Part shown: positions 56,586 through 64,000 of the stretch, one piece after another
How the letters are laid out: each line of letters begins with the position of its first letter
Numbering within the stretch: the stretch's first letter is position 1
Source of the DNA: Amoebophrya sp. A120
Taxonomy: Eukaryota; Protista; Dinoflagellata
Assembly: GCA_905178155.1 (NCBI GenBank)
Contig: CAJINV010000001.1
Coordinates: 6,667,860 to 6,731,859, forward strand
DNA length: 64,000 nucleotides
Direction: 5' to 3'
Notes under the pieces: model-generated
What the model saw: the letters and a program-made list of their open reading frames with translations, nothing else
Databases searched by the model: none
What the model was told of the DNA's origin: nothing
Program-made: the position numbers and the translations under genes

Positions 56586-58774
56586 CTACTGCTCCTTCTC
56601 CTCCTGAGCGATTCCCTCCCCCTCTCCTTTTTCACCAAAGCGTTTCTTCCAGGCTCGTCTTCCTTTCAGGTTCAGTATCATGTTGGGATAGGACACGGGC
56701 ACCACGAAGGGAAAATCGCGGTCCTTTGCGCGGAAGGTGTAGATGAAGGTGTTGGCCACGTAGTTCTCCCCGCTGCGGAAGTCGTGAACGTTGGCCTTGA
56801 CGAAAACCTGGGCATACTTCCCCTTAGTATACACCACATGGCTGCTGTAGTTGAGAGACGCCCCGATGGGCACCGGTTTCTTGAAAACCGTGTCCTCAAT
56901 CACAAGCCCTTGAAAAGACACCCGCGCCTCACCCTCTGCCACATGCGAGTTCGCGAAAGCGCGCACATTTTGCACCCTGTGTGAAAATTTGATTTTGTTT
57001 TCGAGAGCAGGGCAGTACAAATCGTAAATCATCAACGAAGAAGAACAGCACCACGTCGGAGGAAAAAGCAAACAGCACCACAAACAAGCAATCAAAACTT
57101 CTCTCTGTTGTAGTACGCGAGTTCATAGGCCTGTCGCATGAGCATGCCGCCAAAGATTTTTCCGCCCGCGTTTTGCCCCTGGGGCTGCGTTTGGTAGGTG
57201 GACCGCAGGTTGGTTTCGGCAATGGGCACGGTCGCGGGTGCGGTCGACGCTGGTGTTCCCTCTTCGAGGACGTATTCCGCTTTGCGCGCGACCGAGTCCA
57301 GCTCCGCCTTCTGCTTGTACATGTAATCAAAAATGTCCCCCACCGGCATCACCTGCCGCATCCAGCCTCGCGTGTACATGCGGTGCAAAAATTTTGCTTC
57401 TTCCGCGGACGGCTCAAACTTGTCCAGCGTGGTTTTGCTTGTCGAGGCCCGATGCTCCTTCTTCCGCAGACCCTCGGCGAAAAGCGCGTGGTCTTCTTCC
57501 GTTTCACACTTCAACGGGTTTATTTTCACCCCCTTTCGCTCGGGCGACAACGCGACAAACACAAAGTCGCCCTGTAGCATCAGCGTTCGTTCGGATTCCG
57601 GAGGAAGGAGCGCCTCGACGGCCTGCGTTGTGTTGTTTTCGTGTGGCAGCTTTTGTAGCGGTTATTGCGAGCATCAACATGTCAGTGATATTATATTTTA
57701 GCATACTTAAACGTGCAGAAAGCCAACCATTTCATCTACCCCTTCCGTTCCTAGTCCCGTGTACTCGAAGCCGAACCGGTCCGGCGTCGGATTGCGCTCT
57801 GCGATTTGGTACAGCCGTCGCATTGCGATGCTGGTCGTGGTTTTCAGCCGCGAAACGGGCACCGTCTCGTCTGGCTCGCTGGGGCCCAGCTCGTGCGGCT
57901 GGACAGGGCTCTCCCACCCTCCGTCGGCCGTCCACACTTTGAGCCGGATGATCATGGAGCTGTTGCCCACCCAGATCAGTCGTCCCTCCAGCCAAAAATC
58001 CCTGTTGCAGCCCTCGATGTTGGTGAGGTGGTCGTTGATCAGAATGCCGTCGACGCACGCGGTCACGTTGTCGGGAGAACTCACGCGCCGCTTTCCCAGA
58101 TAGCAGTGGCGCGACGCCACGTCGCCGGCGCCACTGTCCATGTCCTCGAGTAACTTTCCAATCCGTACCCCGCCGTCAAACCGCATGTACTCTCGACGGA
58201 CCACCTCGTCGCTGCTAATCCGGTACCGTACCAAAGCGCTGGACTGCCGGGGCGTTTTCTCGTGGATCAGAGTCGGGTCGTAGGGCAGCATCGTATTCAC
58301 CTCTCCAGCATCCAAAATCGAAAACGCGGAAAAGGAACGCTTCTTCGGGTTGACGTTGAGCGACGAAAGTTGATGGTGTTGCTGTGTTGTACAACCATTG
58401 CGTGTGGTGACAGAAACGTTTCCATTCGCTACCGGCGTCCCGAAGCCAAATGATCTTCTCGTCCTGGAGGCGGAAGGCACGGTTGACGAGGAGGACGTTG
58501 CGGGGCACCACCCGAGTGGCTGGGACGAGGACAACGATTGCGTTAATTTCGCGTTGGATCGAGCGAGGGCAAGACGGAATGAGGGATGGTGCATGCGTTG
58601 CTGTGCAAATCGCTGCATCGTGGCTGCGCAGGAACGAGCGGACATTGTCATTGTCTGTGTGATGTGAAATGCTTTGTCTGTTTTCGTTCCAAAATTGAAC
58701 AAGTACGGCCGATGCTTGAGGATGTTTGACTTCGATAAGTTAGTCTTAGTGCTAGTAGAGTTTCTTTGGTTCAT
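56586..58774 (-). CDS. Acyl-CoA thioesterase, ACOT9-like double hotdog fold, with probable mitochondrial presequence
   Basis: GGVRIGKLLEDMD, VTACVD, VGNSSM, QNAGGKIFGGMLMRQAYELA and FKKPVPIG. Introns ~57572-57727 and 56977-57116 (GT-AG). N-terminus is R/S/T-rich. Confidence 0.9.
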
Positions 58775-59808
58775 ACGACCGCTGAGCTACGTAGAAAACA
58801 AAGACCGGCTCCCGCTACCAGCACGACTAGGGCTCGAATATATCACCAGGCAGCTTCGCAGACAATGAAAAGCATTAACATACTGCACTTATCCGTATCA
58901 TCTGTGGTTTACCGATTTTTTTTTCTCAGTGCCGCCTCGCGCGGCTGCAGGATTGATCTTCATTTTTGTGTGTACGATGCCGATCTTTCTGTAGTAAGCA
59001 GAATAAATCTGAACTGGTCCTTCGTGTCTGCCTCTGTAGGGCGGAACAACAAAAAACCGTCAATCTCAATCGTGTGGTTGGTGCTCTACCAACCAGCAGG
59101 CGAAGCGTGCACATTTCCGATTTCAGATTTTCTTGGGTGCGGGTGCGCAATGTGAAACGTATGGTCAAAGGTGGTGGCATCGGGGACAAAACGTGATGGT
59201 GCAGTTGATGTGTGTTTGCAATCTGTGTCTGAGACTAGATCACAGGTGCGTGGAGTGCGATTTGCTTTTCGGAGGCGGGATACGTAAACCGAATGAAGCA
59301 GATTCAGATAGTGTGGTACTGTGGGTACAGAACCTGAAAAATGTATACGTTTGGCTGATACTTAGTGGGACCAGTGAGCGAAAAACTCGCTCTCGATAAT
59401 GGGGACAATCTACTGGCTCAGCAGATGCGACGAGGGCAAGGGGAAAGATACTGGGAAATGAAAAAATGCGTAAAAGAAGGGCCTTGATCGCGGAGGATGG
59501 TTAAGGCACGGAATGGGGAAACCAAGAAACGCCAAATCAAATGCTTATACTTGCGAATAAGTTTAGTAAAATCAAAATCTCTTTCAAAAAAGGAAAAGCT
59601 TAGCGTCGTACTTAGATGGGATTGGTGGAACTTGAACTCGAAAAGAAGTACGTAGAAATGGCATAAGATTGAAGAAAACAAAAAAAAATTGAATAATGCG
59701 CGTTACAAGAATGAACTGACGCTAGTGCCGCACGACGAAGGCTAATAGTCGCAGCTGCTGCAGTCTCAAATTTACTTCCTTTCTTTGTCTTCCCGCTTCG
59801 TTTTGCTT

Positions 59809-62800
59809 CTATCCAGCGAAGTTCATGAAATCTTTACTGGAAAGCCCACCGAGCGATGCCTGTTTACCAGCAGTACCATTCGATGACCTTGGTGCGAAGC
59901 TGCCTTCCTCGGGGTTGGGGTAGAAGTCGTTTGCGCTGCTGGGTGGCCGCACTGGGACGCCCCCTTCCGATCTCAGTACGTCCGAGCGCTTCCGCGAAGG
60001 TGGCGATTGCGCGGCGGAACTTCGGCTTTTCTTCTTGGAAGACCGGCGCGCTACCTCCGCAGCTACTTGCTCCGGCGCGGCATCCGGGTACGTGTCAACG
60101 ATGTCATCCGCCTCATCGACCGCGGCGGCCAGGGCCGCCACCGAAGGCCGCTTCTCCTGCGTGAGCCTTTGCACGGCCGCTTTGTCCGCGGGATCGGCCG
60201 GGAGGGGGAGTTCCTTTTCGAGTTCCGTGGTGTGAAGGATATCGGCGTAGGCAGCGGCCACTGGCTCCTGCAACCCGAGCTGCTGCAACGTTGCTACCGT
60301 GCCCTCCCGCTCCTCAGCGGTGGACCCGGGCACGTGGAGCGCCTCATCTGCTTCCGTCATACCCATGGGATGGAGCTGCGGTGTGGCCGCCATCCCGAGC
60401 AAACTCGGCCGCGCTTGCGACTTCGCACTCGCACGAGCACCAGTGGTAGGACCATCTTCGCCCCCCAAGTTGGGAATTTGCGACGCCCGCTTTTGTTGTA
60501 CTGGCACAACACCCGAGGGCATCGCCCGGAGGGTGCTGCCGCGGAGCTGCATGTGGTCGCTTAACCGGAAGTCTCCACCGGCGTTCATGTCCTCCAGCTG
60601 GCTTGGGAGAAACAGGTTAGCGCCGGTGGGGTCCTCTGCGAGGTCGTCTGGGTGGGCAGCGGCGAGCTCTTCCGCGATTCTCTGCGTGAGGAACCCCCGC
60701 ATTTGCGCGTACGTGACGCCTTCGTAAGTGCCAAAGTGGAGCGTCAGCAAGTTTCGGTCGCCCTCGTCTGGCGGTACTCCAATTACGTCGTCGTCCGACA
60801 ACCCCATGAAATCCATCTCGTTGTCGCCTTCACTTATCGAAGTGACGTCTTCATCTGCTGCAGCTTCGCCTTCCGGAGCCACGGGCGGCCGCACGCCTGC
60901 CACGGACGGTATTCGCGGTGCTGCGCCGGACGGCGCTCGTGCTGCGACAGACGGAGGCCGTACTGTAGCGGACGACGCTCGTTCTGCGGCAGACGGAGGC
61001 CGTACTGTAGTGGATGGCGCTCGTTCTGTGGCAGACGGAGGCCGTACTGCGCCGGACGGCGCTCGTGCTGCGATAGACGGAGGCCGCACCACTGCGGCGG
61101 ACGGTAGCCTGCCGGATGTACTAGTAGTTGCAGCAGCAAGTTCCGCCGCAGCAGTAGCCCCCACGCCCGGCAGTTGTCCGGCCTGCAACGCCTGCTCCGT
61201 TTTTCGTTTGGTCAGGTTTTGTTGCACGTCCCCTTTTGCGATGTGGGACTCCGCGGCGGTGGCCGCGGCGAGTCGCATGCCCACGGAGACGGCGAAGTCC
61301 TCGGTGTAGCCGAGTTTCTTCAGCATCGTTTCGAATTGCTCCGCGGTGTACACGTGCTGCATGGCCTCCATCACCTGCAGCAGGTCTTTCACAGAAATCG
61401 CCATTTTCTCCTCCCTCTCCGCGTTGTTCGCCTGCCCGGCACTGCTTCGCGCTGCGGCAGACACGGGGATGAGGATTTCCAACTTCTTCTGATCGTCCTC
61501 GAACAGGATCTTCAGCGGCTCGTGCACTTTCTCCGGGTTCGCGGCGGCTTCCTCGATCTGCACCATGGTCTGCTGTACCTGCTGCTGCGAAAGCCCGGTT
61601 TTCTCCAGCAGTTCCCGCTGCCGTTGTCGCTCTTTCTCTTCCGCCTCCCGGCGTTTCTGGTCCTTCATGCATTCTACGACGAAGAAGCTGCCGATGATGC
61701 CCGCCAGAATCAAAACCACGCAGATCACGATGCACACGATGGCCCCCGTGGAGCAGGGGCACTCCGGGTCGCCCAGGGTCGGCGTCTGGCCTTCTTTTAC
61801 TTCAGGCAACTGCGGAGGGGCGGGGAACCGGTCGCACTCACCGTACTCCCAGTCGCTGAAGTCCCGCTGCAGGGCCTGCTCCACCGGATTTGCGGGCGCT
61901 GCGACCTCGCTTTGCTTTTTTAGAGGGTCCGGAGAAAATTCGCCGCCGTAGCCTTCCTGCAGCACAATGTCGCCCTTCTCCGCGGCAAGAAGGCACAGCA
62001 ACGAGGCCCGCTCCTCCAGCCGGTGCAAGTTCATGGCGGTGTGCAGCTCGTGCAGTCCGTGGCTACTGGGACTTCCAATTGCGGGAGACTGCTCCATCGT
62101 CGGATTTGTAGGCCTGCGGTTGCCACGCGAAGGATCTTTTGTCGTAGGACCCGGTGGTGCTGCTGTCACAAGAGGAGCTTTAGTGGTTCCCATTTCCGGG
62201 CTGCCAATCGGGGGCTGCGCAGTTGTATCCGCTGTGCTTGTGGGGGAATCTGTCGTGGTCAGTTCTTCTGGTCGACGCGCCGGCCCCTGGGTCTGATGGT
62301 CTCCTTGCTCGTGAACGCTTTCAGCCTCGCTTCGGATAGGAGGGGCGTTGGTCGTCGGCTGGTGCGGTTTAACAGTGTTGACGCCCACTGCATCATTCGC
62401 TAGCCCAGTTGCCCTTCCAAGCTGCTCGTCCGCGACAGAGAGGCCCTGGCTTTGCAGCGCGTCTCCGGTCGATTCCCACCAGTTCGAACTGCTGCGAGTC
62501 GTTGCGGCGTTCTGCGAGTTGTCGTTCCACCAGTCGCCGCTCTTCCTCGCACGAGTTCTTTGCAAAACCCGGGACAGCAGGGATTTAGACGAGGTCTTCT
62601 TGTTGAGGAAAGAAGAAGAAGAAGAACTACCAGTCTCGTCGTCTGCCGCATCTTCTTCTAGCACGACTTCCTCGCCCCCAACTGGTTCCTCGGGTTCGAC
62701 AGCAGCATCGTCCTCGACGCTACCCTCTGGCTCGGTCGGTGCGGGACCCTCGAGTTCTTTCAATTCGGGAGAGAATGCGAGGTCCCAGGCGATACCGGCG

Positions 62801-64000
62801 GACCAGTACATGCATTCGGGGTCCTCGGCACAGGCCAGCTCGCAACTCCGCGGGGAGAAATTCCGTACCTTCACGCCGTACCGCGCCGCCCGCGGGTTCA
62901 TCTCCTCCTTGGTGTACCGCATCCGGCCCGTGCTCTTGTGCTCCCCGCAGCGGCTGCTGGGCAGAGGGGCATCCTGCAGATCTTGGAAGTAGACCGGCTG
63001 CTTTGCCGGCGGCATGAAGTAGTTCTCCATCGTCTCGTTGCGGACACAGGTACCCACCTGGAAGTTGTCGGTAGTGGTCTGGAGGAAGGATCCTGGAGAC
63101 AGCGCCAGCGGATCTTTCTTTGCGTCGTACGGATCCGACTTTTGTTCATGATCCTGTTTATTTCCCTTGCCTTGTGCTCCTTTCGCCGGCTCGCCGCCAG
63201 CAATGGAGGCGGCCTTGTCTTCCTTGTCACCCGCCTTCTGTGCGGACATGTCTTCCGTCCGTTCGTCGTCCTCGTCGAGCTCAGTTTCCGCGCTGTGCCG
63301 ACCGGTCTCTCCGCCCCAAGTGTCCGTTACCGTTTGGGTGCTGGTGAGGGCTCGGATTCCGTCCACCGGCTGCGCAATCACGTCCGACGATGCGCTGTGC
63401 ACAGCTCCTGCGTCGCGGCATCCGTCTCCACTGTCACTCAGCACCTGCCATGAAACGGGTGCGGAAGCGTGTACGAATTTGGGACGCTGCATCCACCCCA
63501 TCAAGTTCGTCATGTCCAAACTCGGATTGTCGCTTTCCGATTTCCTTGGTGATGCCTGGTGTAATGAAGAATTGAAATTTTCTCATTCTTTCAACTCGGA
63601 CGTGCAGTAGTAATCGTCCACAGTGAACAAAGCGATTGAAAGTACTTAAATCGTAAATTGAAGAACTCGTGAACGAAGCGATAGCAATGAATCTGCAGCT
63701 GCATCTGGCACTGACTCCACCAACTACATTCAGTCATGAAAAGATGAGAAAGAAAAGTTGCATTGTACCATCTCGAGCATGCTTGCAGCGGCTCGGTCGT
63801 CGAGAAACCGTCGTTCCGGCAGCGTGAAGAGCAGTAACTCCATAACAGCCCCCAGCGCATCGGGAATGGTGCCGTATTGCATTGCGACGTTGGCAATGCC
63901 GGGTCCGTGATACTGCACCCTCGTGCGGCCCCCGCGGAGCGCCAGACTGCCAGCGCGCGACGGGATCTCTTGCCAGTGCCCGTCCCAGGGCAGCTCGTCC
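59809..64000 (-). CDS. Large single-pass membrane protein with Cys-rich PAN/apple-like ectodomain segment (5' end beyond window)
   Basis: 1236 aa ORF plus an upstream exon joined by GT-AG intron 63556-63768. Contains SCELACAEDPECMYWS, a T/P-rich stalk, TM AIVCIVICVVLILAGIIGSFFVV, and cytoplasmic VRPPS repeats. Confidence 0.7.
60880..61100 (-). repeat. Coding minisatellite, ~39-42 bp units encoding VRPPSxAxRAPSxx
   Basis: GACGGAGGCCGTACTG..GGACGGCGCTCGT recurs about 5 times on the + strand. Confidence 0.85.

Noticed and set aside
56968-57107. Non-canonical intron in the thioesterase gene
   Set aside because: A same-length canonical GT-AG solution (56977-57116) restores the frame and motif spacing.

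Overview
Eukaryotic, intron-containing DNA. All ~18 recognisable host genes lie on the minus strand, and several introns are non-canonical with inverted-repeat ends. This combination matches what is published for the parasitic dinoflagellate Amoebophrya (Syndiniales); the taxon is inferred, not verified. Recognisable genes: a PAP2 phosphatase, a probably inactive rhomboid-like protein, a CFAP97-like protein, a GT29 sialyltransferase-like protein, a COG0523/CobW GTPase, a calmodulin/centrin-like EF-hand protein, an ACOT9-like acyl-CoA thioesterase and a large single-pass membrane protein. Mobile DNA: a young full-length Ty1/Copia element (36000-42281) with gag and pol separated by one in-frame TGA; a non-autonomous split-direct-repeat (Ngaro/PAT-like) element (43063-45916); a putative Helitron (3811-7318) carrying a palindromic satellite and a nested fold-back MITE; and a GC-rich decayed element. 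The main finding is a family of fold-back introners. Their termini are (G/T)TAT...ATA(C/A) with a 3-nt target duplication and a conserved TTGTCATGC box about 40 nt inside each end. One rule, removing the hairpin plus 3 nt, restores the reading frame in all four copies. All splice models were derived by hand from frame restoration and need RNA evidence.
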